From the NCBI RefSeq assembly GCF_009914755.1, contig NC_060930.1: 64,000 bases of DNA; one strand, written 5' to 3'. Within the stretch, counting starts at the first letter, position 1. Each line of letters starts with the position of its first letter. Under the pieces are notes generated by a model that made no database searches, was not told the DNA's origin, and saw only the letters and a list, made by a program, of their open reading frames with translations. This document shows, one piece after another, positions 17,899-31,909 of the stretch. The stretch comes from the human T2T-CHM13v2.0 reference genome, Homo sapiens. Position numbers and translations under genes: made by a program.

Positions 17899-18686
17899 TA
17901 GAAGTGCTTTTATTTATCATTCACCCTCACATCATATTGGAGGAAGAGGAAGGAATCTTTCCTTTTTCCCAATTTACTGTATCAGGGAGAAGTTACGTAA
18001 CCAGCCAAAGGCCACACAGCACATCTAGATCCACAGAGGGCTTCTTGCTTTGTGTTCGACACTTCTTTTTTTTTTTTTTTTTTGAGACAGAGTCTCACTC
18101 TCGCCCAGGCTGGAGTGCAATGGCGTAATCTCACTCACTGCAACCTCCACCTCCCAGGTTCAAGCAATTCTCCTGCCTCAGCCTCCTGAGTAGCTGGGAT
18201 TATAGGCATGCACCACCACACCCAGCTAATTTTTGTATTTTTAGTAGAGACAGGGTTTCACCATGTTAGCCAGGCTGGTCTTGAACTCCTGACCTCAGGT
18301 GATCCACCTGCCTCGGCCTCCTAAAGTCCTGGGATTACAGGCGTGAGCAACCGTGCCTGGCCTAGAAGTGCTTTTATTTATCATTCACCCTCACATCATA
18401 TTGGAGGAAGAGGAAGGAATCTTTCCTTTTTCCCAATTTACTGTGTCAGGGAGAAGTTACGTAACCAGCCAAAGGCCACACAGCACATCTAGATCCACAG
18501 AGGGCTTCTTGCTTTGTGTTCGACACTTTTTTTTTTTTTTTTTTTGAGACAGAGTCTCACTCTCGCCCAGGCTGGAGTGCAATGGCGTAATCTCACTCAC
18601 TGCAACCTCCACCTCCCAGGTTCAAGCAATTCTCCTGCCTCAGCCTTCTGAGTAGCTGGGATTATAGGCATGCACCACCACACCCA
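17757..18686. repeat. ~464-bp direct tandem duplication
   Basis: ORFs starting at 17889 and 18353 have identical N-terminal sequence (offset 464); the unique spacer occurs twice. Confidence 0.95.
18066..18362 (-). mobile_element. Chimeric Alu (Alu B right arm + Alu A left arm)
   Basis: First half matches the Alu at 18527; second half matches the Alu at 17591. Confidence 0.92.
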
Positions 18687-18824
18687 GCTAATTTTTATAT
18701 TTTTAGTAGAGACGGGGTTTCAACGTGTTGGCCAGGCTGGTCTCAAACTCCTGACCTCAGGTGATTCACCCACCTAAGCCTCCCAAAGTCCTGGGATTAT
18801 AAGTGTGCGCCACTGTGCCCAGCC
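18527..18824 (-). mobile_element. Alu B (AluSx-type)
   Basis: Full dimer; TSD GTGTTCGACACTT. Confidence 0.93.
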
Positions 18825-19326
18825 AAGTGTTCGACACTTCTTTGTCCTCAGCAAGTGTTTACTGACCATCTTCATCTATTGTATGTGATACATACAATAT
18901 GTCAGGAACTGTTACAGGCTCTAGGGATACTCTCATAGATTTTAGTGACATAAAAGAGACAATCTTCCTTCTTGCAAAAACTTGCATTCTAGTAGGAGAA
19001 GGAAGCAGAAAATAAACCCAAATAAGTTAGATACTGTACTAGAAAGTGAGAAGAGAAAATTAAAGCAAGGAATTGGAGTAGAGAATATGGGAGGGAGGTT
19101 ACAGTTTCAAATCGGGAAATGTTCCTGGGAAGGTAACATTGAAGGAAAGGCAGGAAGGAGGGAAGGGAAAGCACTGAGAGAATCCTGGGAAGTCATCACA
19201 GAGTTAGCAATAGCATGCACTTTCAGTAATGGTGTGGACACATTGTGATTCTAGGCCTTTACAAATTTTGTCTGATAATGTAACCATTAAAATGCCTCAC
19301 ATTCACGAACCTCATGGTTGTTAATC

Positions 19327-19638
<312 letters not shown>

Positions 19639-20349
19639 TGATATCTACTGCAGCTCCATGGCTCCTAACAAATTATGGAACTTCATTCTATACAATTTTA
19701 CCAGAAGAGGAGCAGGGTTTAACTCTATAATATAAGCATTTTGTTATGGCTTTCTTTCTTCAACTCAAATTCGCAAGGCAGATTCTGACCCACCATCAAA
19801 CCAAAAGTCAGAAAGCCAACCTCATGGAGTTCCAGTTTAGAATGGCGCATATGTTGGTGTTTTCTGGTGGACACAGTATCAAGTCCTATTGAGACTGCCT
19901 TTCTAAGTTGAAATAATAATGCATTATTGCCTCTGTCTTAAGCAATCCTTAACTTACAGACTGGTGGTGTCTCTGGTACTGCATTTTTAGATTATTTGGA
20001 ATTATGGGTATGCTCCCAAACTAATTTACAAAATTGAGTTTAACCCATAATACGCCTGAAGCCTGGGACTATTAATATTTATTCAAATACAGCCAAACAC
20101 TATTTATTGTTACTATAGTAAAACACTTTCATAATTTTCAATTGAAATTAAGAATTTTTGAGTTGTAAAGGATCTTAGCCATCTAGTTCTCTCTCTAGGG
20201 CAGGAATCAACCCTGTCTCCAGCAGCCCTGATAACATGCAGTCATTGAGCTTCTCCCTGAATTCCTTATTCCCAGCTCTAATTGTTGAGGAGGTTTCCTT
20301 TTGTGTTGGCCTGAAACAAATTATCTCCAGTCTTTCTAACTATCTTCTG

Positions 20350-20387
20350 ATGTGTGTGTGTGTGTGTGTCTGTGTGTGTGTGTGTGT
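20350..20387. repeat. (TG)n microsatellite with one TC interruption
   Basis: Direct reading. Confidence 0.93.
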
Positions 20388-21175
20388 ATCTCCTAATTAC
20401 ATTGTTACATGATCATCCTTCCATCTTTTCTTTAAGTTTGTTCATCCCTTTATCTATTGTCAGTTTCAGAGTTTCTCACCACAGGAGTGTACTAGATTGT
20501 CTAGGTCACTCAGTTTTTATGGAGTTCCTGGCCCAGTGCAGGTGTGTGCTAGGGACATGGTCATAAACAAGCCTGACCAGTTCCCTGTGCTCATGGAGTC
20601 CACAGGGTGCCTGTGCATCTGGCAGTACCTCATGTGTTCTTTCTTAGCTATTTTTAATCCTAAGCTAACATGGTGACTTTTCCAAAAGTTCTTATTATTT
20701 CTACTTCACCAACCACATTTTCAGTATTTAGAATTAAGTCTAGAATAGAATTTCATCTTACTTAAAGAGGAATTTACCAGTAAGAATTAAGCATCTTGTA
20801 AATGTCTAGGGAGCTGGAAGTTCCCATGAAAACTCTCTATCACTTTTCTGCTTATTTAATGTTCTCTTTGTGGAAAATATCACCCAGAGCCTCCTAACAG
20901 GGTGATCTGTTTTATTTTTTTATAACAATATATTTTCTGTTCTTTCTCTGTACCCTCATGTGGATATATGTACATATCATATCCACATTTCTTGGATGCT
21001 AGTTTCTCCGAAAGCACTAGAAGTCTCTGGCATTGGTTTTTTTTTCTATTCTGGCCACTGTCCTCCATGATATCTGGTTTTATACCATTTTGTGGGTGTT
21101 TTCTTCTCTCTTGAATTCAACTTTAAGATTCTCTTCAATAGGCCAATTTGGTGAGCATCTTCTTGGCATGTCATT

Positions 21176-21787
21176 TTTTTCTTAAATTTTTTTATTTTTA
21201 ATGAATGCATAATTTTCGTACATATTTTGGGGTATATGTGATATTTTTATATAAGCATACAATGTGTAATGTTTAAATCAAGGTAATTGAGATATACATC
21301 ACCTCAAACATTTATCGTTTCTTTTTGTTAGAAATAGTCCAGTTCCACTCTTTTAGTTATTTTGAGATATACAATATTGTTAGCTATAGTCACCCCATTG
21401 TGCTACTGAACACTAGATCTATTCTTTCTATCTAACTGTACATTTGTACCCCTTAACCATCCCTCCTCCCCACTACCCTTCCCAGCTTCTGGTAACTGTC
21501 GTTCTACTCTATCTCCATGAGTTCAGTTTTTTTGTTTTAGCTCCCACATATGAGTGAGAACATGCAACATTTGTCTTTCTGTACCTGGCTTATTTTACTT
21601 AACATAATGTCCTTCAGTTCCATCCGTGTTGCTACAAATGACAGAATTTTATTCTTTTTTATGGCTGAATAGTATTCCATTATGGTGGAATAATATTCCA
21701 TTGTGTATATGTACTACATTTTCTTTACCCATTCATCTGTTGATGGACACTTAGGTTGATTCTATGTCTTGGCTGTTGTGAACAGTC
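21176..21787 (-). mobile_element. 5'-truncated L1 (L1MA-like 3' end)
   Basis: T-rich tail, L1 3' UTR/ORF2 end (ctcccacatatgagtgagaacatg); TSD TGGCAT(G/C)TCATT at 21164-21175 and 21788-21799. Confidence 0.85.
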
Positions 21788-22652
21788 TGGCATCTCATTC
21801 CTATTTTCATGTAATGAACCACATGTCTTGTCAGGCTATTGTAGGACTGTTATGGTCCAGAAAGTCAGATCTTGTCTTCGACACCATCAGTTGAAATGGC
21901 TTTTCCCATTTCTTTATCCACTCTTTTCATATGTCATGATCTCTAGCCAGAAGAGAAGAGAACCACATCTCACCTTCCACGCCTTCCTGTTTTCCACTCA
22001 GGACTTCTGACTAGCTAGACCATCCAGATGGCTTCTGAGGAAGACAATTATTCTTATTTTTAAAAATCAGTAGAGGAGGGTTTGAGGAGTTTTGATGTGC
22101 CCTCTTTCATGTCCTAAGAAACACATTGCAAGAAGACAGCGTTCCTTCTGATTAGCCAGGCAGGTCTATGCAAGGCTGTCATCTCTAGCACTGGCACCTC
22201 ATCAAGAGCTCCTCAGTGACCACTTTTGACTTTTCCTGCTGGGTCTCATGAATCCTCCTTGTCATCCATTCATACAGCAAATATTCACTGAGCTTCTACC
22301 CTATGCCCAGATTCTGTTCTAGAGAAACAAGCTCATGAAGCTGCTATTCCAGGGAAGAAATACCAGGGAAGGGTGTTGTGGGGAAAATCAGAGTATACGT
22401 GGAGATCGAGAATAGCGGTCAGTGAGAGAAGCAAGACACTGGGTCGGAGTCTCTGGTACACCACCCTTCTCTATCTTACCTACTGCTCCATGCCAGATCT
22501 ACACAGCACATCAATTCTCCCTCTCCTGTGTGTTATCTTTTTTCTCCTATTAACTCTTGACAGGACATCTTGGTTTTGTCAAGAGGTTGATCTCTTGGTT
22601 CCTATTTTTTCCTCAAAACATTTCTTTTTGTGTGGCTTTCTTAACTGTATAA

Positions 22653-23144
<492 letters not shown>

Positions 23145-23911
23145 TAATTCTTTCATTTTTTTCTAGAAAACATTCACCTTTTCCAGACTAGAGCAAAGGA
23201 TGATGCGACCCAACTTCTTTCACCTTCCCTTTTAGTGGGAAAGCTGGTTTATATTTATAGATTGCCTCTTGGTGGCTCCTCTCCAAGGAAGAAAAATAGA
23301 GGTCCCAGCCCCGAGTTTCTACACAGTCCCAGACCATGGGGTGTCAGGGTTACCTTTGGTTGTTTTTGGCAGCCCCTCTTGGAAACATTTCCTGTAAATA
23401 GCCCCTCAACAAACTGGGCCTTTAAAAATGGGGCTTTTTTGTTGAGCCCTGGTTTGTGCCAGCTATGTCAATCCCTTGACCTTTCAGAAAACACAAGTAG
23501 CTTTTTGACTTTTCCAAAATGTTTTCCTGCCTTGCCTCTCTCTTTGGTTGTGGCCATGGGCCAATGAGCCTATAGTTCACTGGAAAATGTATGTATTCAT
23601 TCTGACAGCTCCAGTGTGGACTCCTGAGATTCTTCTTAGAAATAGCTGTGGTGTGGCATATGCTGGAGGCAGATGTACAAAGGTACCATGAACAAGTTCA
23701 CTTTCTATGGCGAATATGTGATCATGACCTTCTCCAAAGAGGTTATCTCTTGGTCATTCACCATGTGGGTGTTTCCTCTTTGTTTTATATGTGTCTGTGT
23801 ATATGTGTGTATAGTGCTAAGAATTTTAATATACGTATAGTTTTGCATAATCGCTACCACAGTCAGGATATATCAGAGTTCTGTCACTCCCCAAATCTCC
23901 TTTGTGCTGTC

Positions 23912-24212
23912 TTTTTTTTTTTTTTTTTTTTTTTTTTTGAGGCGAAGTCTCTCTCTGTCACCCAGGCTGGAGTGCAGTGGCGTGATCTCGGCAAGCTCCG
24001 CCTCCTGGGTTCATGACATTCTCCTGCCTCAGCCTCCCGAGTAGCTGGGACTACAGGCGCCCGCCACCATACCCGGCTAATTTTTTGTATTTTTAGTAGA
24101 GACGGGGTTTCACCATGTTAGCCAGGATGGTCTCGATCTCCTGACCTCGTGATCCGCCCACTTCAGCCTCCCAAAGTGCTGGGATTACAGGCGTGAGCCA
24201 CCGCGCCCGGCC
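23912..24212 (-). mobile_element. AluY
   Basis: Y-diagnostic gcaagctccgcc and gttagccaggatggtctcgatc; TSD TGTGCTGTCTTTTT. Confidence 0.93.
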
Positions 24213-24312
24213 TGTGCTGTCTTTTTATAGTCACGCCTTCCCAACCCCTAACTTCTGGCAACTACTGGTCTGTTCTTCTTCACCATAGTTTTGTTGTTTC
24301 AAGAATGTCATA

Positions 24313-24549
<237 letters not shown>

Positions 24550-24989
24550 GAATGTCATATAAATGGAATCATTCAGTGTGAAATCTTTGGAGACTGGTTT
24601 CTTCCACTTTGCAGAGTGACTCACGAGAGCTTCCTCCAGGTTGTTGCATGTATTCATCATTCCATTTTTTGTTGAATAGTATTTCATGGAATAGATGTAC
24701 CACAGTTTATCCATACATGAAAGACACATGGGTTGTTTCTAGTTTGGGGTAATTATAAATAAAGTTGCTATAAACATTCTTGTGTACATTCTTGTGTGAG
24801 CAAAAGTTTTCATTTCTTTAGGGAAAATGTGTAGGAATGGGATCTTGGGGTCATATGTTAAATGTGTGTTTAACTTTATAAGCAAATGCCAAACAGTTTT
24901 CCAGAGTTTTGCATTCCTGCAAGTAGCAGAGAAAAGTTTCAGTTGCTCCACATCCTTGTCAACACTTGGTATTGTCATTATTTTTTGTT

Positions 24990-25430
24990 GTTAAGGTAAA
25001 AACATTTGTCATAAAATTCACTATCTTAACCATTTTTAAACGTGCAGCTCAGTAGTGTTCAATATATTTACATTGTTCTATGAATAGATCTCCGGAACTT
25101 TTTCATCCTGCAGAACTGAAACTCTACATCTATTAGCCAACTTCCTTTTTGCCCCCCCAGTAACCCACCATTCTACTTTCTATCACTATGAATTTGACTA
25201 CTTTAGATCCCTCATATAAGTGGACTCAGATAGTATTTTTTTGTGACTAGTTTATTTCACCTAGCATAATGTCCTCAAGTTTCCTCCATGCTGTAGCATG
25301 TGACAAGATTTCCTTTTTTCAAAGACTGTGTAGTATACTACATTGTTTAAATCCATTCATTGGTCAGTGGACATTTGGGCTGCATCCATCTCTTGGCTAT
25401 TGTGGATACTGCTGCTCTGAACATAGGTGT
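24990..25430 (-). mobile_element. Nested L1 3'-end fragment (L1MB/L1MA-like)
   Basis: ataaaattcactatcttaaccatttttaa...gaactttttcatcctgcagaactgaaactcta, typical of an L1M 3' UTR. Confidence 0.7.
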
Positions 25431-25524
25431 GCTGTAATTAGTTTTATGTTAACCATTCTAGTAGGTATGTAGTGGTATTTTGTCATGGTTTTAATTTCCC
25501 TAATGGGCTAATGATGTTGAACTT

Positions 25525-27812
25525 TTTTATTGATACATAATATTTGTGTATATTTATAGGATACATGTGATATTTTGTTCCATTCATATACTGGGTCATG
25601 ATCAGGTCAGGGTATTTAGGATATCCATCACCTCAAACATGTATCATTTCTACCATTGGGGACATTTCAAATCCTCTTTTCTAGCTGTTTTGTAATATAC
25701 AATACATTGTTGCAATTGCAGTCACCCTACTGTGCTATTAAACATTAGAACTTATTTATTTGATGTAACTGTATGTTTGTACCCATTAATCTGCCTCTCT
25801 TTATCCCTTCCCCCACTGACACCCACACACCCTTCCCAGCCTCTCGTAACTGTCATTCTACTCTCTACCTCTATCAGATCAACTGTTTTAAACTCCCACC
25901 TATGAGTAAGAACATGTATTTGTCTTCCTGTGCCTGGATTATTTTACTTAACATAATTTCCTCCAGTTGTATCTATGTTGCTGCAAATGACAGGATTTTA
26001 TTCTTTTTTTTTTATGGCCAAACAGCATTCCATTGTGTGTACATAATCATATTTTCTTTATCCATTCATCTTTGATGGACACTTAGGTTGATTCCATATC
26101 TTGGCTATTGTTAACAGTGCTACAATAAACATGGGCATGCAGGTATCCTTTTGATATACTGAGTTCCATTTTTGTGGGGGTGAGTACCTGGTAGCGGGAT
26201 TGCTGGATCATATGGTGGCTCTATTTTTAGTTTTTTTGAGAAACCTCCATACTGTTTTCTGTAATGGCTGTACTAATGTACATTCTTACCAACACCGTGT
26301 AAGAGTTCCCATTTCTTTGAATCCTCACCAACATCTGTCATTTTTTGTCTTTTTGATAATAGCCATGCTAACTGAAGTAAGATATATCATTGTGGTTTTG
26401 ATTTGCATTTCCCTGATGATTAGTGGTTTTTTCATATACCTGTTTGCCATTTGTATGTGTTTTTGAGAAATATCTATTCATATCTTTTGCCCACATTTTA
26501 ATGGGATTATTTGGTGTTTTGTTGTTGAGTTATTTGAGTTCCCTGTACATACCTCAACATATTAAAGCCCTTATATGACAAACCAACAGCTAACATAATG
26601 CTGAATGGGGAAAAGTTAAAAGCCTTTCCTCTAAGAACTGGAACAAGACAAGGATGCCCACTTTCACCTCTCCTATTGAACTGGAAGTCCTAGCCAGAGC
26701 AATTAGGCAAGAGAAAGAAATAAAAGGCATCCAGAATGGAAAAGAGAAAGACAAACTGCAGATGACATGATTTTATATCTAGAAACTCTTAGATCTGATA
26801 AACAAATTCAGTAAAGTTACAAGATACAAAATCAACATAAAAATCAGTGGTGACTCTTTTCTTTCTTTCATTCTTTCTTTCGTTCATTCGTTCTTTTGTT
26901 CTTCTTTCTTTCCTTTTTTTTTTTCTTTCTTTTTTTTTTTTTTTTTTTGAGACAGGGTCTTACTCTGTCACTTAGGCTGGAGTGCTGCATAGATGCTTAC
27001 TGCAGCATCTACCTACAGGGCTTAGGTGATCCTCCCACCTCAGCCTCCCGAGTAGCTGGGACTACAGGCGCACACCACCACACCTGGCTAGTTTTTTATA
27101 TTTTTTTGTGGAGACAGGGTTTCACCATGTTGCCCAGGCTGGTTTCAAACTCCTGGGCTCAAGTGATCCACCAGCCTCATGAGATTTTTCACAGACGTAG
27201 AAAAATTTGTATGGAACTAAAAAAGAGCCCAAACAGCCAAAGCAATCCTGAGCAAAAAGAAGAAAGCTGGAAGCATCATAGTACCTGACTTCAAAATATA
27301 TTACAAGTCTATAGTAACCAAAACAGCATGGTATTTGTATAAAAACAGACACATAGACCAATGGAATAGAATAGAGAACCCAGAAATAAAACTACACATT
27401 TACAGCCAACTGATTTTTGATAAAGGTGCCAAGAATATAGATTAGGGAAAGAACATCCTCTTCAATAAATGGTGCTGGAAAAAGTGAATATCTAAACACA
27501 AAAGAATGAAAATAGACACCTATGTCTCACAGTATATAAAAATCAACGCAAAATGGATTAAAGACTTAAACAGAAGACCTAAAACTATGAAACTACTAGA
27601 AGAAAACATAGGAGAAACACTCTAGAACATCAGTCTAGGCAAAGATTTTATGTCTAAGACCTCAAAAGTATAGGCAACAAAACAAAAAAGCACAAATTTG
27701 ACTATATTAAACTATTAATAAAAAGTTTCTGCTCAGCAAAGGAAGCAGTCAACAGAGTGAAGAGACAATCTGTGGAATGGGAGAAAATATTTGCAAAATA
27801 TTCATCCAACAA
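25525..27812 (-). mobile_element. 5'-inverted (twin-primed) L1MA-like insertion: 25525-26550 minus strand, 26551-27812 plus strand
   Basis: TSD TGAACTT at 25518-25524 and 27813-27819; the plus segment encodes ORF2 RT residues ([22 protein letters not shown]...EWEKIFAKYSSN). Confidence 0.85.
26858..27178 (-). mobile_element. Alu (AluJ-type) with (TTTC)-rich tail, 5' end missing
   Basis: Alu text stops at ...gtgatccaccagcctc and L1 resumes directly. Confidence 0.85.
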
Positions 27813-29385
27813 TGAACTTCTTTTCATGTACGCATCTGCCATCCATATATCCTCTTTGATGAAGTTTCTATTCAGGTCTTTTGCCTGTTTTTTAATTGGG
27901 TTATTTGTTTTCTTACTATTGAATTTTGAGATTTCTTTATATATTCTAGATACAAGCTCTTTGTTGTATATGTGATTTGCAAATATTTTCTCCCACTCTG
28001 TAGATTGTCTTTTCATTCTTATAACAGTACCTTTTGCAGAGGAAAAATTTTTAATTTTAATGAAATCCACCGTATCAGCTTCTTTTAAAATAGATCATGC
28101 TTTTGGTCTCCTGTCATGCCTAATCTCAGGTCACAAAGATTTTTATCCTATGTTTTCTTCTAAATGTTTTTATAGTTTTATGTTTTACATTTAGATCTAT
28201 GATCAGTTTTAGGATCATTTTTATGCAAGGGGTGAGGTTTGGGTCAAGGCTGGTTTTTTGCATGTAAATGTCTAGTTATTTCAATATCATTTGTTGAAAA
28301 GATCATCCTTTTTCTATTAAGTTGCCTTTGTACTGTTTTAAAAATCAATAAGCATATATTGTTCTTCCACATATTCTCTTTGGTAAAAGTCTTTTGTCCA
28401 ATTTTTACTGAGTAGTTTGTTTTCTTAATGTTCAGTTTGAGAGTATTATATCTTCTAGGTTCAATGCCTTTGTCAGATATGTTACTTGGTGATATTTTCT
28501 GCCAGGCTCTAGTAGCTTGTCTTTCCATTCTTTAACAGTGTCTTTTAAGAGCAAAGGCTCTTAATTTTGATGAAATACCATTTTTTTTCTCTTTTCAGAT
28601 CATGCTTTTGGTGTCATGTGTAAGAAATTTCAACAGCATTTGTTGAAACGACTATTACCTTTGCACCTTTGTTCAAAAATTGATTGGCAACATATATGTG
28701 GTCTATTTCTGGACTCACTATTTTATTCTCTTAATCTGTGTCTATTCTTTCACCAATATCACACTATCTTGATTATTATAGCTTTATAAGTCTGAAAATT
28801 AGGTAGTGTGATTTTCCAACCTTATTCTTCATTTAAAATTGTTTTAACTAATCTAGTTTGTTTGGCTTTCATTTAAATTTTAGAACCAACTTGTTTTTAT
28901 TGTTGAAAAATTACTGCTGGGGTACTTTTTTTTGGCTAGGATTTTTATTTAAACTGCATTAAATCTATGCTGCAGTTTGGGTAGAACTGATACCTATACC
29001 ATATTGAACTTTCTAATTTATGAACTGGTATGCCTCTCCATTTGATTAGCTTTTCCATTTTTTTATTAGCTTTTGAAGTTTTTAGAAAACAGTTAATAAG
29101 TTTATACTTCAGTATTTGTTTTCTTTATTTTTTAGCTACTGTAAATTATATATATTTTTAAATGTCAATTTCCAGTTGTTCCTTGTATCATGCTACCTTA
29201 TTAAACTCACTTATCAGTTCTAGTAGTTCTAGTGAAAATACCTTAGGATTTTCTACATGGACAATTATGTCATCTGTGAATGGGAATCATTTTATTTCTT
29301 CCATTCTAACCTGCATGTTTTTTATTTTTTCTTCCCTTTTTTCACCAGCTAGGACTTGTACTACAATAGTAAACAGCAGTGTTGA

Positions 29386-29762
<377 letters not shown>

Positions 29763-29957
29763 GTTGAAGGTTTTTATACATGCCCTTTATTAGGTTGAGG
29801 AAGTTCCTTTTTGTTCCTGACTTTCTAAGAGTATTTATTATGAATAGATATTGGATTTCTCAAACGCATTTTTCTGGATCAATTGATATGGTCATTTCAG
29901 TTTTTTTCTTTAGACCACTATTATGGTTGATTACATTGGCAGATTTTTGAATTTTGA

Positions 29958-30299
<342 letters not shown>

Positions 30300-30844
30300 A
30301 GCCCCACTGTGTTGTGGTGTAGTATTCTTTTTATATGTTGCTGGATTTTATTGAATAATATTTTGTTGAGGATTCATGGTATTGATCTGTAGTGTTCTTG
30401 CACTATCTTTGTCTAGGTTTGATATCAGGGCAACACCAACTTTATACAATCAGTTGGCAACTGTTCCCTCCTCTTCTGTTCCTGGAAGAGACTGTGTAGA
30501 TTTGTTGTTATTTTCTTCTTGAAATGTTTGGTAGAATAAACAGTAAAGCATTATGGACCTGAAGATTTCTCTTTTGAAAGATTTAAATAGCATATTCAAT
30601 TTCTTTTATAGTTATAGGACCATTCAGGTGATCTCTTTTAACTTGGGTAAGTTTAAGCAGGCCCTCTGGTGCTTTGAAATGGAAAAGAAAGTGAAACTTT
30701 TCCTCTAGATTTCTTTATGGTTAACCAACTGCCTTATCTCCTTCCATAAAGTCTATGTGCAAATGCTACTTTCTCAGTGAGATCTATCTGGATTGTTCTA
30801 TTTCAAATCTCTCCTCTCCCCCAGAATTCTTTAAATTAAATGGC

Positions 30845-31560
30845 CTTGTTGACATATAATTGATATACCAAACAGTTCACCCATTTAACGTGTGCAACTC
30901 AATAGGTTTTAGTAATATTCATGAGCTGTGAAACCATCACCACAATCAATTTTAAACATTTCCATCACTCTAGAAAGAAATCCCATACTCATTAGCAGTC
31001 ATTCCCCATTTCACCAGTCTCCCAGCTCTACTTTCTATCTCTGCGGGTTTGCCTATTCTTGATATCTCATACAGATGGAATCATACAATACATATGTGGT
31101 CTTTTATGACTGATATCTTTCACTTAGCAAGCTTTCATTGGTCATCTATGTTGTAGCGTGTATCAGTACATCATTTCATTATCAAATACCAAACATTCCA
31201 TTGTATGAATATACCACATTTTATTTATTCATCAGTTGCTGGACGTTGGGTTTCTTTCTATTGGCGGCTATTATGAATAATGTTGCTGTGTGCATTTGTA
31301 TATAAGTTTTTGTGTACATATATGTTTTCACTTCTCTTGGTTTCATTTCTCTTGGTTATATACCTAGAAATGGAATTGCTTAGTCATGTGGTAATTCAAT
31401 GTTTAACATTTTGAGGAACTGCCAAACTGTTTTTCAATGCAGCCACACCATTTTATATTCCTACTAGCAGTGTATGAGCATTCTAATTTCTCTACACTCC
31501 AGCCAACATTTATTACTACCTGTCTTTTTTTATTATTGCTATCCTGGTGGGTATAAAGTA
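30845..31560 (-). mobile_element. L1MB-like 3' fragment
   Basis: L1 3' UTR and ORF2-end text (catcaccacaatcaatttt...ttgaggaactgccaaactg). Confidence 0.7.
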
Positions 31561-31604
31561 GCTCCACCCAGCACTTTTGATTACTCCTTGTCTTTTCTTT
31601 TCTG

Positions 31605-31909
31605 ATTTATTTATTTATTTGAGACAGGGTCTTGCTCATTCACCCATGCTGGAGTGCAGTGGTGTGATCATTTCTACTGCAGCCTCTAACTCCTGGGCTC
31701 AAAGCAATCCTCCTGCCTCAGCCTCCCAAGTTGCTAGGACCAAAGGCATGCACCACAACACCCAACTTAATTTTAAAAAAAAATTTTTTTTCATAGAGAT
31801 GGAGGCTTGCTCAGCTGCCCAGGCTGGGTGTCCAACTGGCTTCAAGTGATTGTCCTACCTTGACCTCCCAAAGTGCTGGGATTATAGATGTGAGCCACCA
31901 TGCCTAGCC
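31605..31909 (-). mobile_element. Alu (AluJ-type)
   Basis: Diverged full dimer. Confidence 0.88.

Noticed and set aside
27702-28528. ORF2-like peptides as an active L1 or processed gene
   Set aside because: Fragmentary, frameshifted, nested remnants; chimeric because of the inversion.
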